Notes: generated by a model not told the origin, from the letters alone. A stretch of DNA of 41,379 bases from Priapulus caudatus (GCF_000485595.1 NW_014577064.1:1208061-1249439), one strand, 5' to 3'; counted from the first letter of the stretch, positions 24,158 through 38,879 are shown. Program-made: numbers and translations.

Positions 24158-27100
24158 TACAAACCAAAGATTTATCTACTATCACAGTAAATGGGATATA
24201 CCGGGATAATACTATTTTATCGGCTCAATAACACCATGTTGGAATAATTTGCGATCTTATGGACGCTTGTCCACTCTAAATTAAACAGAGTAAAAGCGCT
24301 AGCACAGTATTATTTTGCTGTCACTTGCAAGTCGCCTGTTTACAACTTAATCTATAGCAACAAAAGAAATATTTAAGGCTGAAGTAGAAACCAAGAGATT
24401 GTGATGATGCGTTTTAGCGCAGAGACGCGTAACGAACACGGCTGTATTTATTCAGACATCAAGAGCCGAGAGCCAACGCCATCTTTAGTCTTAGAATGCA
24501 ATCTGCGTCTACGTGCTGGATAATTGCTGTCAGTTGTAATAAATGCATGACATCGGATTTGCTCGCCCCATGGTCGAGCAGCTATAAAGCTTAGCAGTAA
24601 CAGTCGACCTGTAAAGTGATTGTAAGCGATACGAAACGCTTTCTCATTACGGCGTCGCCTCAAGTGCAGCCTCGCCCTCCCCGATGCGGAATAATTGATC
24701 GACTGTGTCGCAGGCGCTTGTCCGCAAATCTAATAGCTTATTTGTCGCGTTGGCAATTAATGGTGAGCGCTTATATAACCCATGGAACTGGTGTCTGCGT
24801 GTATCATGTGCGCGCGCACAGCCTCGTCGCGTGCACGCATGCGCGCACACGCACGCACACACACGCGCACTCTTACGCGCGCAATCGAAAGAAAAACACG
24901 CGCACACGCACTCTTACGCGCGCAAATGTACGTGCATGTAGGTGCATAGGTACGCGTACCTATACGTATGCTCGCATATGCGCCCACATGCGCACGCACC
25001 ATCTCCCTATCACGAGATAATGACTTGTACGAAGCCCTGTACGAAAGTTCGAATGCTCCGTTGTACGCCGTTTTAATATTTTACTGTTTATTGTGAATTT
25101 TTATTTATTCGTTTTTCAAACCGTCCTTATAGTTTCTTACCCTTTCTGCTACTAACCGGTGATTCTTGCGTAACAGGAAGTGTACACAGTGAAGCTAACG
25201 TGTTTTAGAATACTCATTATTTCATAAACATGTGCACCGTTTACCGTTTCAAAGTAGAATTGCGTACACATGTAAACATCATTAGCAGGTGATTGTCGCG
25301 TCTCGCGAGATTCCATCGGCTTTTGTTACTTCTGTCTACGTGTCGAGATATGGTACCAGTCTCGAACCATTTACGCCACGTGAACAGGTGCAGTTATTTT
25401 TGGACATCATCATATTTCATTTTCTCGAATCATAGGAATGCAGGTGCAAGTTTGCTGTTTTATAGCTTATAACAACACAAACTCGTAGTAATTTTTATAC
25501 TGGAATAATTAATGATATGTTCGATAAAAAGAAGACCCCTCATATATCTACATGTAATAATTTATCGATTTATTTGTGAGATAACATTTTAAATAGCGAA
25601 CCAGGCGAGGATTCTCTGACTCCTGCCCCGATGGCTGTTCATTGTTCGCCATCCACCCTCATCTTCTCCCCGAGGATTCCCCGTTTCAGCTGATGATTTT
25701 ACTGAAGCGAAAGCGCCGCCTGGCGACGAGCTGACAGTTTATTAAAACCGCGTGCGAGCCTGGCTGCCATGAAGCGTTACGTTGTTGTTTATGCCCTAAT
25801 TCGCACGCAGCTCTATTTTGATGGCGAGTCATTAAAGCGCGCTAATTATGGCGGGTAATTATAGCTTTCGTCTCGTGACATTACGACCGCAGCGCGCTAT
25901 CATAATTAATTTACGAACGCGGTATAGCTATATACTGCGCGAGTGCGGTTAAGCAACATCGACCTTTTTCCGCACCGCTAGTCATCGATGCTCAATAGCG
26001 AAGAGGACAATGGAAACCTTTCTCCGTCTCCATCAGTTCTATAAAAATGAGATCGGTTGATATTCATGCGGAATAATCCGGTAGCGTTTCACTGTGTTAG
26101 GCTACTACGTCTAGTATACGTGTGAGCTAACACTCGGCTGGGACGACAGTCCACACCCTACGCCGTCAATGCCTGGCGCCACTCAGATCGGTGTGCATGC
26201 TACACGTGTATACGTGCACTAACGTATGGGTCAACACTTTCTTTCCGGTCTTCAAACAAATCACAGCAGACGTGTGCGACACCCACAACGACGTTTTATG
26301 AGTTGACGGTTGGTGTTGTCCGGTTGTTCTTTTTTTCTCCCGCTATCTCATTTTCTAGCACTCTCTCACGCTCTGTCTCATTCGCGCCTCTCGCTCCCCT
26401 TCCCTCCCTCCCCACCCCTCTCTCGGCCCCTCTCTAGCACCCGCTACCGTTCGCCAGAAACAATTTTGCGCCAATGCGCCGCCGCGGCAGCAGACGAGAC
26501 GTCAAGCATTTCCGGAATTGATGTTTCATTTCGCGTGGCTGGCTCAGGCGGGAACTTGTTGCACGCTGGAGCGAGTACCGACCGCTGTTACTGCGCTGCC
26601 GATTGCCACGTCTAAGATCTCAAGCTGTTCTTCCAGTGGTTACATGTATTATTCAGAAATCTATGTCAGAACTGCACTGCTATCTGTTCTGCAAGTATGT
26701 AATACATTGCCAACAAAGTCGAATACGATCAACAATCTTTGTTTATGTATTGCTATGGCTGTTTGACATTCTCAACTTGAAACCAAGTGATGAATAATGA
26801 AACACTTGCTACGCGTTTTCTCGCGACGCACGGGGGCAGTGCATGTCGTGTGCGCTAGCTTACACGCAGGTGTATGTGTTTCCCATGAATGCGATTTATC
26901 CATAATAATTACGGGGACCAAAGCATAACCAACGCCACGTAGAAATTGTTCATGTTGTCTCACGTGTTTTCCACAAACCAATTGGATTCGTTACATGAAA
27001 CTAACAAGCACCTACCATGCGTACCACCTTTCGACATACGATGCTCAAAGCATGTTAAAATGACATGCCTCAGCTGTAAAATTCGCGTCAAATCGTGGTA

Positions 27101-27783
27101 AACGTGGACTAAACTAAAAACAGGTAGAAAAATAGTGACCTATAACGGCTTACGAAGCATATTATCGATTATAAACGACTAGGCTCCTTAATATAAGACA
27201 CGCTTGATAATCAGCAGGGAATAGACCAGAAACCTAGTGACCGCTTAACATTGTTAGTGCCCCCGTCATACAGGGCGAACGCGTTCAACATTAGCTGCGT
27301 GATTAACGAGAGATAACCGCGTTAGCGAGGTGAAATTGAAACAAAATGAACGCGCGGCATGCAATCTTTCTCACCGGGGGGCTTGAAGCCGCAGCATGCA
27401 CGGCAACGACAAGCTCTACCACGGCATGCAGGAGTTGATGTATCGGTGAACATCAGAGCTTGCGAGGTAATAGGTGAGGCCACGACGCTACGGAAATTTG
27501 TTCCAACCAGGGCAATTTTGCCGGTGCCGTTGCTAGAGAGGGTATACGTAATGTCTATGTAATAATTATAGTAATTATGTGAATAACCCTTACTAATAAG
27601 CTAAAATTAGCATTTATTAACGACAATTATATTAATAATACTCGTAAAACTCACCTAATTCTATAATGTAATCCCCTGTTAACTATGCATGTCAACACGC
27701 CATTTATAAAAATCTATAAAATAATCCGACCGACTGACCGACTGACCAACCGACCGACCGACCGACCGACCGACCGACCGACC
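22751..27783 (+). repeat. ~5-kb direct duplication, copy A
   Basis: Colinear with 28513-33510 (e.g. 23536 vs 29297, 26310 vs 32044). Differences are mostly scattered substitutions and microsatellite length. Ends in (CCGA)n at an N-gap. Confidence 0.95.
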
Positions 27784-27793
27784 NNNNNNNNNN

Positions 27794-27849
<56 letters not shown>

Positions 27850-27923
27850 ATAGATAGAGAGCGAGACAGAAAGAAAGAAAGAAAGAAAGAGAGAGAGCGC
27901 GCGAGAGAGAGAGAGAGAGAGAG
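27725..27923 (+). repeat. (CCGA)n, 10-N gap (27784-27793), then (GATA)n/(GAAA)n/(GA)n
   Basis: Directly visible. Confidence 0.95.
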
Positions 27924-28512
27924 AATATTAGAGACACAAACGATACGTTCGATAGATAAACACAGATAATTTCGTGAATGTTTCAATTTTCGGGTTTTGT
28001 TGTTCATAAGCTATCTCACAACAATGTTATCAAGAGCTAATAATGCATGTACGTATTATTAGCTATTGCTGTGATGAGACACAGGTAAGTGGCGCGGTGA
28101 GATTGCAACCTTCACGCTACAAACGGTGTTGTCACGGCACGTAGACCAGGCAAGACTAGCGTGTAGGCCCAATTTAGGTGAATGATGTACAAGCGACATC
28201 GGGTAGTGAACATCTCTGAGACGGGTTTACAAGCCGTGTCGGACAGGTTTACAAGTTTTACCAGGTTTTATGATAATGAATAACGATGAGTGGTGGTGCT
28301 TAAGCGATACTTAGCAGCGAAAATAGTTCCGTGTAAGCTAAAATCGTCTGTCAGCGCCAGTAATTATGTCGTGCGACTTACAATGCACAGAGAACAACTA
28401 GTAACCATCGTCGAAATGGCTCGCGAGCCATAGAGTGTCGGTGATAAATAAATATAACTAGAATGTGTAGGAAAAGTGTGGCGCATTTTAGAGACTACGC
28501 ATGCACATATAC

Positions 28513-29276
28513 ATCAGAAGTAGATAATAGGGAAGGAGTGTGACTTCAATAAACAAGGGAAATTCGCCCGCCTAATTTGAAACAATAGGCAGCTACTAAC
28601 GACTCTTGCGCACTCTTGTGCCCTCGGCGATGCGGTGTGGCTTGCTGGAAGATTGGACATCGACGCAATACTCGGCGAGCTAATCTTTGACCTATTTACA
28701 GCTGGTATGCTCCCCACGCACGCACACCCACCGCAATCAGCAGCAGCTCCAGCTCCAATCTCCCAGCGAGCCTCACCGCATCGCCGAGGGCACAAGAGTG
28801 CGCAAGAGTCGTTAGTAGCTGCCTATTGTTTTAAGTTAGACGGGTTATGGATTCGTTTTGCTTCCAACAGAATAGAGAATCGTGTCGTACGTTTCAGTCT
28901 GTATCTCCGGATTGTGGGTGTATACGAGGAAACGATTTTGCACGATGCTAAGCGAATGTACTGTGTACAATTTGAGCTCAAGTTGGTTGAGTTACGTGTA
29001 GTAAATCGTAGGTATTCTAAGGCTAGTAAATGAGGAGTGTGACTTTAATAAACATGGGAAATTCGTCATTTACTAGCTTAGAATACCTACGATTTACTAC
29101 GCGTAACTCATCCATCCTTGAGCTCAAATCGTACACAGTACATTCGTCTAACATCGTGCGAAATCGTTTCCTCGTATACACCCGCAATCCGGAGATACAG
29201 ACTAAAACGTACGACACGATTCTCCATTCTGTTGGCAGCAAAACGAATCCATAGTTCCCTATTATCTACTTCTGAT
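28513..29276. mobile_element. Internally rearranged copy of the family B foldback element (764 bp)
   Basis: Same termini and content as 22751-23515, but two internal blocks are inverted in place. Confidence 0.85.
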
Positions 29277-29856
29277 ATTATCACAGTTGTCTTCCAATGA
29301 CCGGCAGTAGCCGTAAAATGGTCGCAATAGCTGTTTATACACGTGAGGAGGCAAGACGCCAATATGTTCCTCGAAATTACTGCCATCAATATGTCTGTTT
29401 GTTTATGTTCTTCTGTCTGTCCATGTCTATTTATCTATGTCTGTGCAACAGCGCGTTAGTGATCCATGTAGGCGGAACAAATAGCTAGTTAACGAGATCT
29501 CGGTTACATGGTCACATGACAGGAAACAATCTTACGCGTATGTGCCCGTGTTTGATTCGTGGGGCGGACAGCAATGGCGCAAATGATCAGCTATAGCTTC
29601 AGAGCGACAAAAACAACACACAAGGCGCACATATTTGGACAGCCACACGTTTGATACCAGTTTATATAATATAAATATAGAAAAATACATCGGTGCTAAT
29701 TATAGGCTGTAATTTGGGAATATATATCACCTATGTACATTCCCATATTTTAAGAGCTTCTGTCTTCTTACGTTAGCAAAATCCACGTTGTTTGTGTTTA
29801 TTTCAGCTGTAAAATTTTCGTAACAACATACATTTACAATTTTGCGACAGAATAAC

Positions 29857-29894
<38 letters not shown>

Positions 29895-32800
29895 CAAACC
29901 AGAGATTTATCTACTATCACAGTAAATGAGATATACCGGGATAATACTATTTTATCGGCTCAATAACACCATGTTGGAATAATTTGCGATCTTATGGACG
30001 CTTGTCCACTCTAAATTAAACAGAGTAAAAGCGCTAGCACAGTATTATTTTGCGGTCACTTGCAAGTCGCCTGTTTACAACTTAATCTATAGCAACAAAA
30101 GAAATATTTAAGGCTGAAGTAGAAACCAAAAGATTGTGATGATGCGTTTTAGCGCAGAGACGCGTAACGAACAGGGCTGCATTTATTCAGACATCAAGAG
30201 CCGAGCGCCAACGCCATCTTTAGTCTTAGAATGCAATCTGCGTCTACGTGCTGGATAATTGCTGTCAGTTGTAATAAATGCATGACATCGGATCTGCTCG
30301 CGCCATGGTCGAGCAGCTATAAAGCTTAGCAGTAACAGTCGACCTGTAAAGTGATTGTAAGCGATACGAAACGCTTTCTCATTACGGCGTCGCCTCAAGT
30401 GCAGCCTCGCCCTCCCCGATGCAGAATAATTGATCGACTGTGTCGCAGGCGCTTGTCCGCAAATCTAATAGCTATTTGTCGCGTTGGCATTTAATGGTGA
30501 GCGCTTATATAACCCATGGAACTGGTGTCTGCGTGTATCATGTGCGCGCGCACAGCCTCGTCGCGTGCACGCATGCGCGCACACGCACGCACACACACGC
30601 GCACTCTTACGCGCGCACACGCACGCACACACGCGCACGCGCACTCTTACGCGCGCAAATGTACGTGCATTTAGGTGCATAAGCACGCGTACCTACGTGT
30701 GCTCGCATATGCACCCACATGCGCACGCACCATCGCCCTATCACGAGATAATGACTTGTACGAAGCCCTGTACGAAAGTTCGAATGCTCCGTTGTACGCC
30801 GTTTTAATATTTTACTGTTTATTGTGAATTTTTATTTATTCGTTTTTCAAACCGTCCTTATAGTTTCTTACCCTTTCTGCTACTAACCGGTGATTCTTGC
30901 GTAACAGGAAGTGTACATAGTGAAGCTAACGTGTTTTTGAATACTCATTATTTCATAAACATGTGCACCGTTCACCGTTTCAAAGTAGAATTGCGTACAC
31001 ATGTAAACATCATTAGCAGGTGATTGTCGCGTCTCGCGAGATTCCATCGGCTTTTGTTACCTTTGTCTACGTGTCGAGATATGGTACCAGTCTCGAACCA
31101 TTCACGCCACGTGAACAGGTGCAGTTATTTTTGGACATTATTTTCATATTTCATTTTCTCGAATCATAGGAATGCAGGTGCAAGTTTGCTGTTTTATAGC
31201 TTATAACAACACAAACGCGTAGTAATTTTTATACTGGAATAATTACTGATATGTTCGATAAAAAGACGACACCTAATATATCTACATGTAATAATTTATC
31301 GATTTATTTGTGAGATAACATTTTAAATAGCGAACCACGCGAGGATTCTCTGACTCCTGCCCCGATGGCTGTTCATTGTTCGCCATCCACCCTCATCTTC
31401 TCCCCGAGGATTTCCCGTTTCAGCTGATGATTTTACTGAAGCGAAAGCGCCGCCTGGCGACGAGCTGACAGTTTATTAAAACCGCGTGCGAGCCTAGCTG
31501 CCATGAAGCGTTACGCTGTCGTTTATGCCCTAATTCGCACGCAGCTCTATTTTGATGGCGAGTCATTAAAGCGCGCTAATTATGGCGGGTAATTATATCT
31601 TTCGTCTCGTGACATTACGACCGCAGCGCGCTATCATAATTAATTTACGAACGCGGTATAGCTATATACTGCGCGAGTGCGGTTAAGCAACATCGACCTT
31701 TTTCCGCACCGCTAGTCATCGATGCTCAATAGCGAAAAGGACAATGGAAACCTTTCTCCGTCTCCATCAGTTCTATAAAAATGAGATCGGTTGATATTCA
31801 TGCGGGATAATCCGGTAGCGTTTCACTGTGTGAGGCTACTACGTCTAGTATACGTGTGAGCTAACACTCGGCTGGGACGACAGTCCACACCCTACGCCGT
31901 CAATGCCTGGCGCCACTCAGATCGGTGTGCATGCTACACGTGTATACGTGCACTAACGTATGGGTCAACACTTTCTTTCCGGTCTTCAAACAAATCACAG
32001 CAGACGTGTGCGACACCCACAACGACGTTTTATGAGTTGACGGTTGGCGTTGTCCGGTTGTTCTTTTTTTCTCCCGCTATCTCCTTTTCTATCACTCTCT
32101 CACGCTGTGTCTCATTCGCGCCTCTCGCTCCTCTTCCCTCCCTCCCCACCCCTCTCTCGGTCCCTCTCTAGCACCCGCTGCCGTTCGCCAGAAACAATTT
32201 TGCGCCAATGTGCCGCCGCGGCAGCAGACGAGACGTCAAGCATTTCTGGAATTGATGTTCCATTTCGCATGGCTGGCTCAGGCGGGAACTTGTTGCACGC
32301 TGGAGCGAGTACCGACCGCTGTTATTGCGCTGACCGATTGCCACGTCTAAGATCTCAACCTGTTCTTCCAGTGGTTACATGTATTATTCAAAAATCCATG
32401 TCAGAACTGCACTGCTATCTGTTCTGCAAGTATGTAATACATTGCCAACAAAGTCGAATACGATCAACAAACTTTGTTTATGTATTGCTATGGCTGTTTG
32501 ACATTCTCAACTTCACCAAGTGATGAATAATGATACACTTGCTACGCGTTTTCTCGCGACGCACGGGGGCAGTGCGTGTCGTGTGCGCTAGCTTACACGC
32601 AGGTGTATGTGTTTCCCATGAATGCGATTTATCCATAATAATTACGAGGACCAAAGCATAACCAACGCCACGTAAAAATTGTTCATGTTGTCTCACGTGT
32701 TTTCCACAAACCAATTGGATTCGTTACATGGACGAACAAGCTCCTACAATGCGTATCACCTTTCGACATACGATGCTCAAAGCATGTTAAAATGACATGC

Positions 32801-33510
32801 CTCAACTGTAAAATTCGCGTCAAATCGTGGTAAACGTGGACTAAACTAAAAACAGGTAGAAAAATAGTGACCTATAACGGCTTACGAAGCATGTTATAGA
32901 TTATAAACGACTAGGCTCCTTAATATAAGACACGCTTGATAATCAGCAGGGAATAGACCAGAAACCTAGTGACCGCTAAACATTGTTAGTGCCCCCGTCA
33001 TACAGGGCGAACGCGTTCAACATTAGCTGCGTAATTAACGAGGGATAACCGCGTTAGCGAGGTGAAATTGAAACAAAATGAACGCGCGGCATGCAATCTT
33101 TCTCACCGGGGGGGTTGAAGCCGCAGCATGCACGGCAACGACAAGCCCTACCACCGCATGCAGGAGTTGATGTATCGGTGAACATCAATCAGAGCTTGCG
33201 AGGTAATAGGTGAGACCACGACGCTACGGAAATTTGTTCCAACCAGGGCAATTTTGCCGGTGCCGTTGCTAGAGAGGGTATACGTAATGTCTATGTAATA
33301 ATGATAGTAATTATGTGAATAACCCTTACTAATAAGCTAAAATTAGCATTTATTAACGACAATTATATTAATAATACTCGTAAAACTCACCTAATTCTAT
33401 AATGTAATCCCCTGTTAACTATGCATGTCAACACGCCATTTATAAGAATCTATAAAATAATCCGACCGACCGACCGACCAACCGACCGACCGACCGACCG
33501 ACCGACCGAC
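28513..33510 (+). repeat. ~5-kb direct duplication, copy B
   Basis: Colinear with 22751-27783. Begins at the foldback terminus and ends in (CCGA)n. Confidence 0.95.
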
Positions 33511-36500
33511 TGACTGATTAATTAACTAAATAACTAAATAAATAACTGACTAACTAACTTTTCTATACTATACCGTAATAACTGCGCATGCTCGCGCGCG
33601 GACACGCTAATTTCCGCTTGCGTAACCCTACGAGAACAGTGTAGGAAAGTAACGACCAGCAACATCAACCATCACGCTACAAGGAGCACGTAGTCTTTAT
33701 ATAACGTCGGGTAGCTAAGCCACGCGTAAGTACGAAAAGTTTAATCCAATTAGTCGAACGACTTTCTTCGCCAGCGATCTTCGCAATTAAATATTAATGA
33801 GAAGAACCTAACGGGCAGAGTATAAAAATACAGAGAAAATAGTTCGCAAGTTCTCTATTAGACAACGTTTACGCTTTCGCTTAGCTAGGCGCATCCGCAG
33901 ACAACTTCACTTCGCAATCTCATCGAGTTTTCCAGTCTATCACAGGTTTTCACGATTTCTGCTCCATCTTTCACCCCCCCCCCCCCCCCCCACCCGCTGT
34001 CTTGCCTATCAAGGTGACTCGGCAGTGACGTACTTAGCGTTACAACCCGTCAAGAGACAAGATGTCGGTTGATATACGACTACAGCGTCCCCGCCTCGCT
34101 GCATCCACTTTTTTCATCTTTTCGATAATATTCCCCGGCTGTGTATTTCTCCCGCTCACCGCTCGCGTGGCGTGCTGCTAGCGCTGTCGTATATCACTAC
34201 TATGAGCCATAAAGCCTAATGTGGACATTGCAAGAGCGCGTAGAGTAAGCCGCTGCTTAAAAGTCGCGCCATGATGGGCGAAGCACCGACACGATAAGAG
34301 CAAGACAGAGACGCGTTGTTGCGCACGCGCGTCTGCCCCTTGGACGTGCTCCTGCGGTTACGCACCGGCGGTAGGGATTCATTATAGCAGCTAGGGTCTG
34401 TTGTTGACATGCATGGCAATGCACTAGATGGTCTATATCAGATGAATATTTACAAATGATAAGATTCTATCATGTGTAATATTTCTGCGGTTATTGCGGC
34501 AGTGCCTCTACGATACACATTTTGCGCACGAACCTTCGCAATGCATCATCAACGCTCGCAGCGCCATGATACCCCGACACGACCGCTGCGCATGCCAAAT
34601 AATTTAGTGAATATTTTCGGCGCGGGTGAGTCTCTCATGGCGATAACATCGAGAGATTACATTTTACTGGCGCTTACAAAACACATTTAATAAAACGCGA
34701 TGCAATCGTCTGTTCGTTTCGGGGAATAAGCCAATCTCACGCTTGCGATCAATTGATATGATAAAATGTACAAATTATGATAACATTTTAATCCCCTTTC
34801 ATATCGTTCGTTACCCAGCGACGCACCACAAACACAGCTACTTGCACTTTGCTAGCTCAACTAGCACAGGCAAAATACACAAACGTGAAAAATAAAAATA
34901 TGGAAAAAGTATCTACCGTAAGAATAAGTGTTTTTTTTTGTATTTTCGTGTTTCGTTCTTAAAGTATAAACCTCTAGCACGAATTTAGACACGTGATGCC
35001 GTGTTAGTGTGTAAATAAACCTCAATCTATGTACTTTGGGCAATATTTCTTCGTCGGAATTAGATTCGAAAATCATGTAAGTTTAAAACCAATAAGGTAT
35101 CGCGTGAATCGGATGATATTAACAAAAACCGCCAATGTTCGTGCAAACGCCGTAGTGAAAACGTATCTACCGTTATAAATTAAGTGGTTATAATTATGTT
35201 TTCATGTTACGTATTTTTGCAAAAGTCTTTATCCGTAAGGTAGACACGTGACCCTGTGTAAATGCAACTCAATCTATCTACCGTGAAACATGTTCCTTTC
35301 ATACAATTGTGCCTGCCAAGCTACGGGCAATACAACTCGCGCTCTCCCCCTCACTCTCTTTTTCTTTTTGTCTCCGTATGTCTCACTCTTCCTCTTTTTC
35401 TCCCCCTATCTCTCGCTCTTGCTCTTTCCCTCCTCTCTCACGCGCTCTCTTTATGTGTCTATGTTATACTCTCAAGCTCTCTATATTCTTGTTTCCCCTC
35501 CATCTAATCTAGTCACTCCCTACGTGGCATTGTCAAGTGTCTACGCAATCTGTGATATTGGACGACGTGTTGTCCAAACTGCTAGCGCCAATATTGGTCA
35601 AGGTACGACATGATTACGGCTGAACCGCCCTTGTTCGCCGTTGTCATCGCGGACGCGCAAATATTTTGAAGGTACACATCTCAATGGCCGTCCATCACGA
35701 TATTAAATTGATCAATGCAAAAAATTCCACCGCGGTCGTGTCGGAAACGACAGAGCGCGCACCAAGTGGAGCGAGCGACCCTGAGTGACGTCACGATCAA
35801 GCACATTAGGCGCTGCGAAACACTCCGCCGCTGTGACATTTACGAAACCAAATTACATTTTACTTTCGATTTCATTACTTCTCGTTTTTTGTACAAGTCC
35901 GACGCTGCACGAGTTCTGATGTCGGCTCGGCGATTGATTTTGCCATCGACGATATGAATGATTTAGTCTGACGATCAGTTACGCGATCGAGCGTCATGCA
36001 TGCTCGCTTCTCAACGACGAAAAAAGTCGAGAACTTTGTCGATTTCTCATTAAATATCACACGAATATCGAATTCCGGTGACTCTCGCCTGTATTAATGT
36101 AACGTGAGAGAGATAGTAGAGGACGCGATTCTTATATGATAGGTGAAGGCCACTTTACGTGTTCCTCTACGTACGCGAGAGCGTGCGGGATGAGAATTAA
36201 GGCGACAATAATCGGATTACATCGCCAGCGCGGTAGCAAGGGCGCTTACAGCAAAGCGCCTGATGCGCGAGGTAAGATGTCGAGAAGGACGGATTGATGG
36301 ACTTAATGCAGACATACGACTCTGCGTGAGATCACAAGCAGGTTATAAGCAGATTATCGCCGTAAGAACCCTCGTATATTAGCGAGGCAAACGTCGCATC
36401 GAATCTGTGAAGAGTGGCGGCCGACGTGTAAAGGTATAAAGTGTGACGCGGCCTCATCACACGCGTAAGAAACGTGGGCAAGTGTTCTAGCTTCTCCCTG

Positions 36501-36954
36501 TAACATGGGCATCGCACACACACACATGCTTTCTAATATATATATATATATATTATATATATATATTATAGGAGTGAATAAAAACAAAGCAGTGTGTATG
36601 GCTAAATTATTCGAAATCCAACGTTCGTTGACCTTAATCCATACCTAGGATTTATTATGTTCAATTCAACAAACCCGCAAACATTAGTACCGCACGTAAT
36701 CGGGGTTCCCATACATTCTGCGCGTATTAGTTCAAAAACAAACAGTTTATGCGCTAGCTGAAACTGGGTGTGTGTAATCACAGCATATACAGTAATGACT
36801 ATAGTGTTACTATAGAACTAGAACTTAGAAATGTTGTTGTTTAGGTATAGAGTTAAATAATTATTAATGGAAATGAAAAAGTTGTTTGTTTTATGTTTTT
36901 TTGGTATAATGTTTAATTGTTGCTGTGCATGATTTTGGTGGTTAGTGCACGTAG

Positions 36955-36992
<38 letters not shown>

Positions 36993-38879
36993 ATATATTA
37001 TATATATGTGTGTGTGTGCGTGCGTGTGTGGCAAAATGATCTGTCATTTATCATTAGTTGAACATCACGAGCGTCTCTATGCTCTCTATGTCTAGCGTCT
37101 CTTGTTCACTAGCGTCTCTATGCACGCACGTTCATGCGCACATGACGCGATTAATACGAGAGATGAATGCGGGATCTAGATTTCGGGTCCGTCTGTGTGT
37201 CAATAATTATTATGCTTTAGTCGCGCTTCGCCGTTTCTCCGCGCCACCCCACATGGGCCTTCCAATTCACAAATTCACATCGAATGCCTTCCTATGAGCG
37301 GTGGCATTGCCGTCACACCTCGCGAACCGGCAATATGTCAATCCACAATTTGAACTGAGTTGTTTTTAAATCTGCAGAACTGTAGATACTGCGTGCGAGA
37401 GCGCCGTGAGAGTGAGGCTATATGGCCATATATACTTTGATGGATGCTATTTAGGTTGTGTCCGTTTCATTTCCCATTTTCATTCGTTGGGGGGCCTATA
37501 CTCGACGCATTCCTAACAAATTGATGACATAATTGTTGTCTGTCCGCCAACAAACTATCTGTAGCCACTGAAAAACTATATTCCCATCTGCGAATCATCT
37601 GTATTCTCGTTGGAAACCCGACAACAGCGAAAGCAAGCCTGGACGCAATCAGCCGCAATAAATTTTGAGAGAGCGAATTTATATGAAATTAAAAATGTAT
37701 TATCTAGATACCACCGTATTTTTGCTGGTTCCGTCGGTATATTATATATATATATATACCAGCGGGATAGGCATGTAGACTAGCAGCAGCCTACAACGAG
37801 CAAGTCAAATTACGATACATCACCTATAATCAACATCGCATTCCACATCATCAAACTTTAACGATACGGAAATTACTTTTGGGAGGACCGCATAATAGCC
37901 AGCACGTTCCCCAGTGCGCAAATGAGAATCTGCATCTCACAGGAATTAGCACAAATAGGCCTTTAAATAATTATTTACGCATAACCGCATTAAACGGCTA
38001 CTCGTGTCAGGAGAGTTAGTTGGCATCAATGTGCATCGACCACTCATAGATTTATAGCGCAATCTTGCAGTAATTGCTGTTGGTCTAGCTTTCTTGGCAA
38101 CAGCAAACCCTGGTTCTGCGGGGAAATGGAATTTTATTGTCAGTTTTCTCCGCTGTCGCTCGCGCCTGCTTGTGCGTGGTCTTCGCAATATAGACGTGGT
38201 CCTAATTTTAAATTAAATATATACACCCCGCAGGCACTAATACTTCGAGCTAATTCAGAGATATTTATTTATAACATTAGCCATGACTATAGTGACATAA
38301 TTAGCACCCGCAGGCTGCATGGTTGGCAACGGCTGACAGAGAGAGCCTGCCATTATCTATTTCTGCGCTCTAGAGATATGCCAAATACTCGACGCTAACC
38401 GCGTCCTCGGGTCGCCTTACAAAGATGTGCCTCGGTTCCAGTGATTTCACCGACCGTTAAAAGCGTCGGCGGCACACCCTCTAATCAAAGGTGCCCCTCC
38501 CGCATGCGCACGGGTTCCATGCCACCTGAGATAATCTCTATATGCAGAGAAGCCATATCAACGGAGAAGGCGCCCATTAGCAGTAGTATAAGGCATTCTT
38601 TTACTGTTGTGCAGTATAATTAAGCGGTTGAGTGAGCTCGCCACTCCATCTCTGTCGTATCAAAGCGCGCATGTTTATGGCCGGGCGCTTGTGTATGTGC
38701 GTACATTAGCGTGCTGCGCGCCGGTGCGACTAATATCTCACTCCCAATTAACCCGCATTTAAGACGTGCGATTGCTGCCACCGTGGCCCGACTCACCACT
38801 GCAACAACGGCTAATACTGACGAACGGTTACGCACGAAATACGACGAAAACAACATCAAGAAAAAGAATAGGACAAATA

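Noticed and set aside
25685..25737. CTGATGA...CGAAA hammerhead-like or SECIS-like motif
   Set aside because: Stem II lacks the closing pair, there is no UH cleavage triplet after stem III, and the SECIS helix 2 does not pair.
28063..28090. Perfect donor CAG|GTAAGT (also GAG|GTAAGA near 36272)
   Set aside because: No convincing acceptor, promoter or reading frame upstream. Isolated matches are expected by chance.
8310..35793. Full CRE palindromes TGACGTCA at about 8310, 9613 and 35786
   Set aside because: Far from any supported TSS, so function cannot be argued from sequence alone.
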